A DNA stretch of 64,000 nt from Patescibacteria group bacterium (GTDB lineage Bacteria; Patescibacteriota; UBA1384; UBA12157; JAENIV01): assembly GCA_049515915.1 (NCBI GenBank), contig JBEKTP010000003.1:735-64734 (forward strand). The letters run 5' to 3'. The first letter of the stretch is position 1, and each line of letters begins with the position of its first letter. Below, in pieces: positions 29,341-38,376 of the stretch. The notes beneath the pieces are model-generated. The model searched no databases, was not told where the DNA came from, and worked only from the letters and a program-made list of their open reading frames with translations. A program made the position numbers and the translations under genes.

Positions 29341-29434
29341 TCACATCAGGCCGGGAATACGAGGTTTGACCTCTGCCCGGCCTTCGCTTTATCCACTTGA
29401 CGGATGGTTTGAGAAGGCTTTTAATTAAAAAAAT

Positions 29435-30580
29435 ATGAAAAAAATTGACGAGTTTAAATTAGCGCTAACCTTTGATGATATTCTCCTTTTGCCGGGCTAC
29501 ACCGATTTTACGCGCGATAAAATTGATCTTTCAACCAATTTAACTAAAAAAATTAAACTCCAAATCCCCTTAGTTTCGGCGCCAATGGATAAGGTGACGG
29601 AAGCAAAAATGGCGGCCGCTTTGGCCGGTTTAGGCGGCCTTGGCATTATTCATCGAAATTTAACGATCAAAGATCAAGCCAACGAAGTTAGGAAAGTCAA
29701 AGCAAAGAATTTATTGGTCGGGGCGGCCATCGGCTCTTCGCCCGGCTTTGAAGACCGCGTCAACGAACTCGTTCGGGCTAAAGTGGATGTGATTGTGATT
29801 GATTCGGCCCACGGTTTTTGTCAATTTGTGATCGAGGCGGTCAAGTTTATCAAGAAAAAATATCCTAAAATGCAAGTCATCGGCGGCAACGTGGCCACTT
29901 TCGAAGGCACTAAAGCGTTAATTAAAGCCGGCGCCGACGGGATTCGAGTGGGCATGGGGCCGGGTTCAATTTGTTCAACCCGGGTCATTTCGGGTATGGG
30001 CGTGCCTCAATTGATGGCCCTTGAAGAATCGGTTCGGGCAGCCAACCCATCCAAAACGCCGATTATGGCCGACGGCGGGATCCAATTTTCCGGCGATATC
30101 GTCAAAGCTTTGGCGATGGGTGCTTCGACGGTGATGATGGGCTCGCTTTTTGGTTCGGCTCTCGAATCGCCCGGTAAAGTGGTGAAATTGACCAAAGATT
30201 CCGTTCCCAGCCGATTTCAAAGTATTTGGAATAGCAAGAACAAAATTTATCTTTTTAAAGAATATCGGGGAATGGGTTCGGTAGCGGCCATTCAAAAGGG
30301 ACAGAAAATTAAATCGGAGGGCGAATTTCATAATAAAGATTACTCTCAGAAAAAAGCACTGGTGGCTGAAGGAGTAGAAGGGTTAGTGCCGGTAAAGGGA
30401 AAGGTCAAAGACCTGGTTGAACAACTGACGGGCGGGATTCTTTCGGGCATGTACTATACGGGCGCAAAATCTATCCCAAAACTCTGGCAAAAGGCGCGTT
30501 TTATTCGGATTACGGAGGCTTCGCTTAAAGAAAGCCATCCGCATAACGTTTTAATTACTAATGGCGGCCAAAATCTGTAG
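29435..30580 (+). CDS. IMP dehydrogenase/GMP reductase family protein (no CBS subdomain)
   Basis: Catalytic loop GSICSTR. Phosphate-binding [17 protein letters not shown]. The 381-aa length implies the CBS insertion is absent. Confidence 0.8.
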   Translation: MKKIDEFKLALTFDDILLLPGYTDFTRDKIDLSTNLTKKIKLQIPLVSAPMDKVTEAKMAAALAGLGGLGIIHRNLTIKDQANEVRKVKAKNLLVGAAIGSSPGFEDRVNELVRAKVDVIVIDSAHGFCQFVIEAVKFIKKKYPKMQVIGGNVATFEGTKALIKAGADGIRVGMGPGSICSTRVISGMGVPQLMALEESVRAANPSKTPIMADGGIQFSGDIVKALAMGASTVMMGSLFGSALESPGKVVKLTKDSVPSRFQSIWNSKNKIYLFKEYRGMGSVAAIQKGQKIKSEGEFHNKDYSQKKALVAEGVEGLVPVKGKVKDLVEQLTGGILSGMYYTGAKSIPKLWQKARFIRITEASLKESHPHNVLITNGGQNL

Positions 30581-30593
30581 TGAGAGTAAATTA

Positions 30594-31670
30594 TTATTTT
30601 TCGAGGCGACGGCGCCGGCCGTGAAAGGCTTGGTGAACTTCGGCGAGATGTTGATCGGTGACGTGAGTATAAATTTGAGTGGTGGTAATTGAAGAATGAC
30701 CAAGAAGCTGCTGAACCGAGCGGATATCGGCGCCGTTTATGAGTAAATCTGTTGCAAAGCTATGACGGAGTGTGTGGGCCGTCACTTTTTTAGTTAGCCC
30801 TGCCATCTTAGCGTATTTTCGAATCATTCGTTGGACGGAACGGGGAGTGATGGATATTTCATCTTTGGTGATATTTATGTCGGGTTGGTTGGTGTGACCG
30901 TAAGAGATGAATAAGAATTTGTTTTTGTCATTGCGGCGAATGAGGTAATTATGGATGGCGTTTTTAGCTTCTTGGTCTAGAAAAACGACGCGAACTTTTT
31001 GCCCTTTGCCGACGACGGAGAATTCCGATTTGTCCAAATTAATATCTTCGATTTTGAGGTGGCAAAGTTCGGAAATCCGCAGGCCGGTCGAGAAAAATAA
31101 TTCTATTATGGCGCGGTCGCGGACGCCTTGAATAGTAGTAAGGTCGGGCATCGAAAGCAAATGATCGAGTTCGGTCTCATCCAAAAAAGAAATTTGCCGT
31201 TCACCGGTTTTAGCAAGCTCGATTTTGTCGGGCGAAAGTGTGGTGATATTGCGGCTGCCGAGGTACTTCAGGAAAGCGCGCAAGGCGATGAGGTAGTAGT
31301 TTTGGGTGGATTTGGAAAGAGTGTGACCGGGGAGGGTTGATGTTCTTAAAGATGCTGGTCGTGCCTGACCCAGCGAGTCGGGACTTTCTCCGCGCTCGGC
31401 TTGGCCTTGACCGTGCGCCTCGCCTATGCGAGTTACTTTGAGGTCACCGACCCCGCTTTTAGAGAGTTGTTGAGGGAGGCGGTTGAGCCAGAGGCGATAT
31501 TTATGGATCAAATTTTGATCAATTTTTTCCACCTCGGTAACACCATTTTCTTTAGCGAAACCGGCGAAACGTCGGAGATATCGATCATAATTTTGGGCTG
31601 AAAAGGGGGAGTTACCCTTCTCAATCTCCATATATTCTAAATAATCGATAATCAGCGAGTTGATGGTCAT
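30594..31670 (-). CDS. tyrosine site-specific recombinase (XerC/XerD-like) with a roughly 50-aa low-complexity insertion in the N-terminal domain
   Basis: C-terminal HTLRHSFATDLLINGADIRSVQQLLGHSSITTTQIYTHV (R..H..R..Y catalytic residues). GC-rich in-frame insertion at about 31320-31475. Confidence 0.85.
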   Translation of the reverse strand: MTINSLIIDYLEYMEIEKGNSPFSAQNYDRYLRRFAGFAKENGVTEVEKIDQNLIHKYRLWLNRLPQQLSKSGVGDLKVTRIGEAHGQGQAERGESPDSLGQARPASLRTSTLPGHTLSKSTQNYYLIALRAFLKYLGSRNITTLSPDKIELAKTGERQISFLDETELDHLLSMPDLTTIQGVRDRAIIELFFSTGLRISELCHLKIEDINLDKSEFSVVGKGQKVRVVFLDQEAKNAIHNYLIRRNDKNKFLFISYGHTNQPDINITKDEISITPRSVQRMIRKYAKMAGLTKKVTAHTLRHSFATDLLINGADIRSVQQLLGHSSITTTQIYTHVTDQHLAEVHQAFHGRRRRLEK

Positions 31671-31727
31671 ATTTTTATTTTACGACGCAAATTAGCGCTT
31701 GTCAAAGGTCAATTTTACTGATAAAGT

Positions 31728-32306
31728 ATGAGGGAAATGAATAAAATTTTAAACCTGGATAACCGCTGGCTCGCTGTCTTAAACCGGATCGCCACATCAA
31801 ATCATTTTTTGCAAACGCTGACAAAAGACGCGGCCGAATATCTTATTTACATTATCCCTCTTTTATTGGTGGTGGTTTGGTTTTACTCGGCGCAATCGAA
31901 AAAAGTGGCCCTTCGGGCGCTTGGGGCTGGCGGACTTGGCCTTTTGATTACCAGAATTATTGGTCAAAATGTTAATCGCGCGCGGCCTTTCGCTAGCGGC
32001 GGCATTAAAGAAATTCTTTTTCATCGCCCCGATTATTCTTTTCCTTCGGATCACGCTACCCTCTTGGCGGCGATCACTCTTTCGTTGTACTTATCCGGTT
32101 ACAAAAAATTATCATATTTTGTCTTTGCCCTTTTTGTGATAATCGGCTTGGCGCGGGTGGCGGCCGGGATCCACTTTCCTTCCGATATCATCGTCGGGGG
32201 CGTGGTCGGCATCGGCGCGGCCTATATTGTTTATGCCCTCGATGGTCTGTTAAATTATATTTATGAGTTTATCATTTTGGTGGCCAAAAAAATCCGGCTG
32301 GCTTAA
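31728..32306 (+). CDS. PAP2-family phosphatase (undecaprenyl-diphosphatase-like)
   Basis: KX6RP (NRARPF), PSDH (PSDHAT) and SRX5HX3D-like (GIHFPSDIIVGG) motifs. Confidence 0.75.
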   Translation: MREMNKILNLDNRWLAVLNRIATSNHFLQTLTKDAAEYLIYIIPLLLVVVWFYSAQSKKVALRALGAGGLGLLITRIIGQNVNRARPFASGGIKEILFHRPDYSFPSDHATLLAAITLSLYLSGYKKLSYFVFALFVIIGLARVAAGIHFPSDIIVGGVVGIGAAYIVYALDGLLNYIYEFIILVAKKIRLA

Positions 32307-32309
32307 AAA

Positions 32310-32927
32310 TTGAGCATGAAAAAAGAAAAACAGCTTCACAATTTCTTTGACTTTATTGCTTTTGGCATCTCGGCTTTATTTTCTCCCTATATTACGGCGG
32401 CCATTTTTATATTGCTGATTACCTACATGAACTCATCGGACTTAAGGCAATTTTTACCGTGGGTGAGTATTGCCGTTTTTTTCAGCGTTATTGTGCCGGG
32501 CGGTTATGTTTTATGGCTCTTGGAAAAAGAAGGTGTTCGGGATATTCATCTTTCGGACCATGAACAAAGAAAAGTGCCATTTATGATTGCGGCGATTTCT
32601 TCGACAATCGGGGCGGTCGCACTCGCTTGGGTGGGGGCGGCCAGACCGGTGATCGTGATGGGGGTAACTTATGCCGCTAATGCGGTAATGGTCGGCTTTT
32701 TGACTTTGGTTTGGAAAGTCTCCGTTCACACGGCTTTGCTTGCCTCAGTGGTAACGGTGATTGTCATTCTTTTTGGCGTTCAATTTGCATGGTTATATCT
32801 TCTTTTAGTACCGCTGGCTTGGTCACGAATTTATCGCCGTCGTCATACCTTAACTCAAGTGGTTGGCGGTTCCTTAATCGCTTTTGTGGTTACCTCAATG
32901 GTTTTTTGGTTATTTGGGTATATCTGA
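32310..32927 (+). CDS. hypothetical polytopic membrane protein
   Basis: 205 aa, 5-6 predicted TM helices, AT-rich host-like. Confidence 0.45.
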   Translation: MSMKKEKQLHNFFDFIAFGISALFSPYITAAIFILLITYMNSSDLRQFLPWVSIAVFFSVIVPGGYVLWLLEKEGVRDIHLSDHEQRKVPFMIAAISSTIGAVALAWVGAARPVIVMGVTYAANAVMVGFLTLVWKVSVHTALLASVVTVIVILFGVQFAWLYLLLVPLAWSRIYRRRHTLTQVVGGSLIAFVVTSMVFWLFGYI

Positions 32928-33037
32928 AATAAATACAAAATATAAATCTCAAAAATCAAAATTCAGGAAGAGAACATTAATATTAATTTTAAATTTTACA
33001 TTGTCATTTTGAGATTTGGATTTTGAGATTTGAGATT

Positions 33038-33655
33038 ATGGCTTCAACTATTTTAGGCGCAATCGGGAGTTTAATCATCTCGGCAATTTCCGTTTTAGGC
33101 TATGGCGGAGTTATTTTATTGATGGCCATTCAATCGGCCAATATTCCGATCCCTTCTGAAGTAATTATGCCGTTCGCTGGTTTTTTGGTTTGGCAAGGAA
33201 CGATGAATCTTTGGTGGGTCACTTTGGCCGGGGCGGTGGGGACGGTCTTGGGTTCGGTTTTTTCTTATTGGTTAGGAAAGGCGGGCGGGCGGCCGCTTAT
33301 TGAAAAATATGGCCAGTATATTTTGATTTCACGCCACGATCTGGATATGGCCGACTCCTGGTTTAAAAAAAGCGGCGAACTGACCGTTTTTTTGGGAAGA
33401 TTTTTGCCGATTATTCGAACTTTTATTTCCTTTCCAGCCGGCATTGCCCGAATGGATTTTAGGAAGTTTGTCGTTTACAGTTTTTTGGGTTCCATCCCTT
33501 GGACTTTAGCCCTGGTTTATTTTGGCTTTAGGCTCGGCGCCGACTGGATCAATCTTCGAACTTATTTTCATCGATTTGATGATCTAATTTTAGCTCTTAT
33601 TGTTCTTGGCATCGTTTGGTGGGTTTGGCGACATCTAAAATCAACTAAAAACTAA
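33038..33655 (+). CDS. DedA/SNARE-associated family membrane protein
   Basis: GGVILLMAIQSANIPIPSEVIMPFAGFLV ... LGRFLPIIRTFISFPAGIARMDF motifs typical of DedA. Confidence 0.75.
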   Translation: MASTILGAIGSLIISAISVLGYGGVILLMAIQSANIPIPSEVIMPFAGFLVWQGTMNLWWVTLAGAVGTVLGSVFSYWLGKAGGRPLIEKYGQYILISRHDLDMADSWFKKSGELTVFLGRFLPIIRTFISFPAGIARMDFRKFVVYSFLGSIPWTLALVYFGFRLGADWINLRTYFHRFDDLILALIVLGIVWWVWRHLKSTKN

Positions 33656-33699
33656 AAGCTTGAAGCTTAAAACTAGTATTTTTTACTTTTAAGCTTATT

Positions 33700-34605
33700 T
33701 TAACCGATTTCCATTTCTTCAGGTTCACTGTTCTCGCCTTTATACTGAGCCGAAGAGGCTTCATCGTCAGGTTCAAGATGAGGTTTTTCGGTCTTATGTG
33801 CTTCTAAATCGGCGTCGGCATTACTGAACTCCACCTCGATTTTAGCGTTGTCGTTAAAATTTGGGCCACTTGATGGGTTTTTGGGCTGAGCGTTAATCGG
33901 AATTTGGCTGGAATTGGCTGGTGACTTTTCGCTTCCTGGCATAATTAATTGACCCGGAGTGGCTGGTTTTTCAGCGGCCGGTGGCGGTGGGGTCGGGGGA
34001 ACAAACGGGGTCGGCACTTTGGGTTCGGCTGGAGATGGAGTAAATGACGATAAAGTGGGCGGGGTTGGTGCTTTAGGTTCAGGAGCAGTTGGTTTGGGGA
34101 CAGACGACGGCGGCGTTGAGGGGCTTGGGGCGGAAGGTTTTGTTGGAGCGGGCGGCGGAGTGGGTTTGGTAAAATTTTGGTTAGTCGGCGTGGGTGTGTT
34201 TGGCTTGGGGACTGGCGGTGGCGAAACAAGTGGTTTATTCGGTAACAACGCGGGTTTTCCAGGCGGGGGCGGCACGCTTGGCTTAAATTTTAAACTGCCA
34301 AAGTTTTGGCTGGGCGGCGGGGGGGCGGATGGATTTTTAGGTGGCTCGGCATGGTGCTCGACCATTTTCGGCAGGCCGACCTGCTCGGGGTTTTTATCGA
34401 TTTCTTCTTTGATTTCGGCTTTTTTAATCAAACCGCCGGTGAGTTGCTCTAAATAACGGACATCAATTAAAGCGATGGCCGGTTTGCCGCCTTTAGTAAG
34501 AATGTACATCTTGTCGCGCTGAACTTCGTTGACGATGTTTGAAAAGTGATCGCGGGCGTAGGTTAGGGGAATAATGTTTTCCAGGGCAACTTTTAAGTCG
34601 TTCAT
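33700..34605 (-). CDS. Phd/YefM-like N-terminal domain fused to long proline-rich low-complexity region
   Basis: N-terminal 60 aa (VALENIIPLTYARDHFSNIVNEV...PAIALIDV) resemble the Phd/YefM antitoxin fold. Residues about 90-230 are PPPxPxP repeats. Confidence 0.45.
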   Translation of the reverse strand: MNDLKVALENIIPLTYARDHFSNIVNEVQRDKMYILTKGGKPAIALIDVRYLEQLTGGLIKKAEIKEEIDKNPEQVGLPKMVEHHAEPPKNPSAPPPPSQNFGSLKFKPSVPPPPGKPALLPNKPLVSPPPVPKPNTPTPTNQNFTKPTPPPAPTKPSAPSPSTPPSSVPKPTAPEPKAPTPPTLSSFTPSPAEPKVPTPFVPPTPPPPAAEKPATPGQLIMPGSEKSPANSSQIPINAQPKNPSSGPNFNDNAKIEVEFSNADADLEAHKTEKPHLEPDDEASSAQYKGENSEPEEMEIG

Positions 34606-34727
34606 GGTCCTCCTTTTGTTTCGGCAGTATAATAAACTACCTTTTTAATGGTCATTCTAATCTTATCGCGGGAAGGGTAATTTTGTCAAAAATAAACCCG
34701 AAAAGACTCGCCGGGCATGGGTGGGGA

Positions 34728-35834
34728 TGCACAAGTTGAGATACATCGGTAACACTCCTAAAGTTATATTCGGAGGTGTTACCGATGAACAAACCATTGC
34801 CGGCTGAGCTGTTTTGTTACTTTAAGTCAAAACCAATAGTTCTTATCAATCGTCACGAGCGGTGGAAGAAGGTAGCGAAAGAGCAAAAGATCTCCCGCGA
34901 GGCCGCAAAGCGGCTCGAATGGATCATTTTCTATGAAACCAAAGGTGAGTTTAATGCCGTCTTTACTTGTCGCCATTTCGGCATTGCCAGAAAAACTTTC
35001 TACAAATACCTCAACCGTTTCAATCAGAACCCGATTTCACTTGAGGATCATTCCAAAAGACCGTTCAATGTTCGCCAGAAAATGATTACGCTTGAGGAAG
35101 AAACCAGAATCATTTCGCTAAGAAAACGCTATATTTTTTACGGCGCAGAAAAACTCCGAGCAGAGTACAATGAGCTTTATGGCAAGGATATTTCCAGCTG
35201 GAAAATCGGCTACACCATTGCTAAATTCCAGTTATATCCAAACCCAAAAAAGGTTGACAAACATCGGTTACAGATTAAGCGCAACAGGAGAAAACGAAAG
35301 ATCACCGAGCTTAAAAAGAGAAATGAAAACATCTTGGGCCACCTAATCCAGATCGATACGATCGTACTTCATCTGGATGGTCTCAAGCGTTATATTCTCA
35401 CCGCCATCGATACCTACGGCAAGCTGGCCTTTGCCCGGGTCTACCGTAATGCCAGCTCTTACTCGGCGGCTGATTTCTTAGAAAGATTAAACTTCCTTTT
35501 TGACGATCAAATCGTTAATATACAAACAGACAACGGTTCGGAGTTTCTAAAGCACTTTGAGAAAGCCTGCCAGAGTCTCAAAATGGAACATTTCTTCTCC
35601 AGAGCCAGAACTCCTCAAGACAACGCCTATGTCGAACGCTTCAACCAAACCTTACAAAAAGAATGGCTCTCTGAGGGACACTTCCACCCCGACCCCAGCG
35701 TTATGAATGCCAAGCTGACCGACTGGCTTATCCGCTACAACTTCCACCGCCGCCATGCCAGCTTAGGCAATATCTCACCCATCAATTATTGCATCAAAAA
35801 TAGACAACTGTTACCGATGTACTCAACTCGTACA
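34728..35834 (+). mobile_element. IS481-like insertion sequence (DDE rve transposase) with about 25-bp imperfect terminal inverted repeats and 5-bp GGGGA target-site duplication
   Basis: Left inverted repeat TGCACAAGTTGAGATACATCGGTAAC (34728-34753). Right inverted repeat GTTACCGATGTACTCAACTCGTACA (35810-35834), whose reverse complement is TGTACGAGTTGAG-TACATCGGTAAC. GGGGA directly flanks both ends (34723-34727 and 35835-35839). Confidence 0.7.
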
Positions 35835-35843
35835 GGGGATTGA
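34785..35843 (+). CDS. IS481-family transposase (HTH + rve integrase core)
   Basis: DDE core: QIDT..., TAIDTYGKLA..., DNGSEF..., YVERFNQTLQKEW. GGAGG RBS. Stop lies just past the right inverted repeat. Confidence 0.85.
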   Translation: MNKPLPAELFCYFKSKPIVLINRHERWKKVAKEQKISREAAKRLEWIIFYETKGEFNAVFTCRHFGIARKTFYKYLNRFNQNPISLEDHSKRPFNVRQKMITLEEETRIISLRKRYIFYGAEKLRAEYNELYGKDISSWKIGYTIAKFQLYPNPKKVDKHRLQIKRNRRKRKITELKKRNENILGHLIQIDTIVLHLDGLKRYILTAIDTYGKLAFARVYRNASSYSAADFLERLNFLFDDQIVNIQTDNGSEFLKHFEKACQSLKMEHFFSRARTPQDNAYVERFNQTLQKEWLSEGHFHPDPSVMNAKLTDWLIRYNFHRRHASLGNISPINYCIKNRQLLPMYSTRTGD

Positions 35844-36065
35844 CAAATCGGCGATTATATGGTATATTAACAGGTCGAAGCTTGAGAAATGTACTTTTGG
35901 GCGCTAAACTCAAGCTAAGTAATCTTGACAACCTGGAGGCTATCGTGAATTACCGTTGGTTGATGATCGTGATGGGGGTTTTCTTTGGCGGATCCCGTCT
36001 CGTCTGGGCGTAGCAGTTCAACTCGCGCTTTGCGCTGAGTCCATATAGTAAGGGAGGTAGCACCG

Positions 36066-36476
36066 ATGACGCAGCAAATGTTGCAGGCAGTTTCGGAGTA
36101 CGCGCACGCAGAGCCGGTTCATTTCGGTGTGATTGTCGCCATGTGTGTGGCGGCGCTGATGTTTGGGGGAGTACTGTTGCTACTGAAGCAGCAGTATAAC
36201 AAGCGTCAGCGTTTCCGCAAGTACTTTGACGGCGATCCGGAAAATCTGGAGAGCCAAAGCAAAGTCGATGCGGTGATGACTAAAGAGTATCGACGCCGCG
36301 ATCAGCTCGACGAGCAACTTGAGGAGTCACTGACTGTCGTCGAGAAAACTCGCCAAGCAATTCGCGCCCAGAACCATAAGATCGAGCTGAGGATCTCCTC
36401 GGCGGGCGACTTCAAATTCCGGGCGAAACGGCCAAAGACTCTGGATGCCTCCAGCGAGGAGTCGGGCGCCTCCTAG
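36066..36476 (+). CDS. hypothetical membrane-anchored 136-aa protein (GC-rich cassette)
   Basis: GGGAGGT RBS. One TM (FGVIVAMCVAALMFGGVLLLL), then a charged coiled-coil-like C-terminus. Stacked hairpins and a terminator at 36490-36610. Confidence 0.5.
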   Translation: MTQQMLQAVSEYAHAEPVHFGVIVAMCVAALMFGGVLLLLKQQYNKRQRFRKYFDGDPENLESQSKVDAVMTKEYRRRDQLDEQLEESLTVVEKTRQAIRAQNHKIELRISSAGDFKFRAKRPKTLDASSEESGAS

Positions 36477-36647
36477 CGGAGCGGAAACTTGGAGGGCGTT
36501 CCCTCTCCAGAACCTGGGCGGAACCCAGGTGTTGAAAATTCTGCTGCCATTAGCGGCGCGGCAGGATAACAGGGGCGAGTGTGACATAATGCACTCGCTC
36601 CTTTCTTATGTCTAAAAAGGTATATACTAAATTCAAGAAAGGGGCGT

Positions 36648-36878
36648 ATGGGTGAACATCTAACTGAACAAAGTCAAGTCGAAGGCGATCTTGGTAAGGA
36701 AAAGTTGACGGAGGAGAAAAAAGCGGCGTTGGCTAAGAAAGCTAAGCAAAGCGTTGAAGAAGAGGTTTTAGCGATGCATTTGGCCGCTCAAGATCGAAAG
36801 GAATATCTTAAAAATGAGCAAGCCTATCGAAATGAAGCTGAAGAAGTTATCAGAGAATCCGACGATCTGCCAAATTAA
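36648..36878 (+). CDS. small charged hypothetical protein (76 aa)
   Basis: AAAGGGG RBS. Lys/Glu-rich. Confidence 0.35.
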   Translation: MGEHLTEQSQVEGDLGKEKLTEEKKAALAKKAKQSVEEEVLAMHLAAQDRKEYLKNEQAYRNEAEEVIRESDDLPN

Positions 36879-36941
36879 AATTCAATCATAATTTTGATTT
36901 TTGATCTTTGATTTTTGAATTTCTTCTGGTATACTCTAAAT

Positions 36942-38219
36942 ATGTTAGACTACAAACTAACTAAGTTTTCGAATGGTCTCAAGCTGATTACTGTCCCTTT
37001 AGAAAATACTAAGGCAGTAACGGTTTTATTTTCGATCGGGGTCGGCTCGCGGTATGAGCCGAAAGAGCTTAACGGTATTTCTCATTTTTTGGAACATATG
37101 TTTTTTAAAGGTACCGAGAAACGCCCTACCGCTTTAGATATATCGAAGGCTCTCGATTCCGTTGGCGCGAGTTTTAACGCTTTTACTGGCGAAGAAGGGA
37201 CCGATTTTTATGTTCGGGCGGCTTCTGAACACTTCGACTTGGCGTTGGACGTTTTATCGGATATGCTTTATGCTTCCAAGTTTGAGCCGAGTGAAATCGA
37301 ACGCGAAAAAGGAGTTATCGCCGAAGAAATCAATATGTATCAAGATGTTCCTCAAACATACATTTATGACGTGGCTAAAAAGCTTTTATTTGGTGATCAC
37401 CCTTTAGGACGCGAAACGACGGGCCAAAAAGAAACAATCAAAAAATTTAAACGCGAAAGTTTTCTTTCCTTCCGGAATAAATTTTACAGTCCCCACAATA
37501 TGGTTGTGGCGGTGGCTGGGGGAAAAGATTCTTTTGATTGGGTTAAACGTATTACGGAGAAATTTGAAAAAATTCCGGTCTCGCGAGGGGAAGATTATGA
37601 AAAAGTGCAAATTGCTCAAATAAAACCTGAACTCTTAATTCATCATAAAAAAACCGATCAGGCCCATATAATTTTGGGCTTTCGTTCACTGCCGCGAACA
37701 GATCCGCGCCGGCCGGTTTTAAAAGTTCTCAATAACTTATTCGGTGAAAATATGTCGTCGCGGCTTTTTATCGAAGTCCGCGAGCGGCGGGGCTTGGCTT
37801 ATTATGTTGGCTCGGAGATGGGTGATTTTCGCGATGCCGGTGTTTTTGGAGCCGGAGCAGGCGTGGATATTGCCCGCGCTGAAGAAGCGATCAAAGTTAT
37901 TCTGGACGAGTTCGGTAAACTCAAATCCCACCGAGTCAGCGCTGATGAGCTTGTTCGAGCTAAAGAAAATCTTAAAGGTAAACTTTATCTCTATCTTGAG
38001 GAATCGTTTGCGGTGGCGGAGTTTTTAGCCGATCAAGAACTTTTTTGGGGAAAAATTAAAGATCCGGAAGAAATTGTTGAGCAATATGAAAGGGTGACGG
38101 CGGAGGATATCCAGAATCTGGCCCAAGAACTATTTATTCCCAAAAATCTTAACTTAGCTATGATCGCCCCTTTTAAAGATAAAAGTAAATTTCAAACAAT
38201 TTTAGAGGATTATTGTTGA
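36942..38219 (+). CDS. M16-family zinc peptidase (insulinase-like)
   Basis: HFLEHMFFKGT zinc-binding motif (HxxEH). TTGATT-16-TATACT promoter ends about 5 nt before the ATG, suggesting a leaderless or very short-leader mRNA. Confidence 0.8.
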   Translation: MLDYKLTKFSNGLKLITVPLENTKAVTVLFSIGVGSRYEPKELNGISHFLEHMFFKGTEKRPTALDISKALDSVGASFNAFTGEEGTDFYVRAASEHFDLALDVLSDMLYASKFEPSEIEREKGVIAEEINMYQDVPQTYIYDVAKKLLFGDHPLGRETTGQKETIKKFKRESFLSFRNKFYSPHNMVVAVAGGKDSFDWVKRITEKFEKIPVSRGEDYEKVQIAQIKPELLIHHKKTDQAHIILGFRSLPRTDPRRPVLKVLNNLFGENMSSRLFIEVRERRGLAYYVGSEMGDFRDAGVFGAGAGVDIARAEEAIKVILDEFGKLKSHRVSADELVRAKENLKGKLYLYLEESFAVAEFLADQELFWGKIKDPEEIVEQYERVTAEDIQNLAQELFIPKNLNLAMIAPFKDKSKFQTILEDYC

Positions 38220-38376
38220 TAATTTTAGTAAGGCTCGTTGTATCTTTAAAGTACCGGATTTGATTTCTTAAAACAGCAAATCGATCCTAAACGTTTGGCT
38301 CGACTTTAACTAGGGTGCCTTGCCTCCGCGATTTACTTTAAAAATACAGCTCACTTTTTTAGAGAAAGGATTAAAA

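Noticed and set aside
32940-33040. Short AT-rich direct and inverted repeats (TTTTGAGATTTGAGATT etc.) as a CRISPR-like array
   Set aside because: There are only two or three irregular units and no spacer structure. Similar AT-rich palindromes occur in other intergenic regions (7500-7550, 36880-36910).
33945-34456. ORFs 33945-34229 (minus strand) and 33959-34456 (plus strand)
   Set aside because: These are alternative-frame or antisense translations of the proline-rich repeat of 33700-34605.
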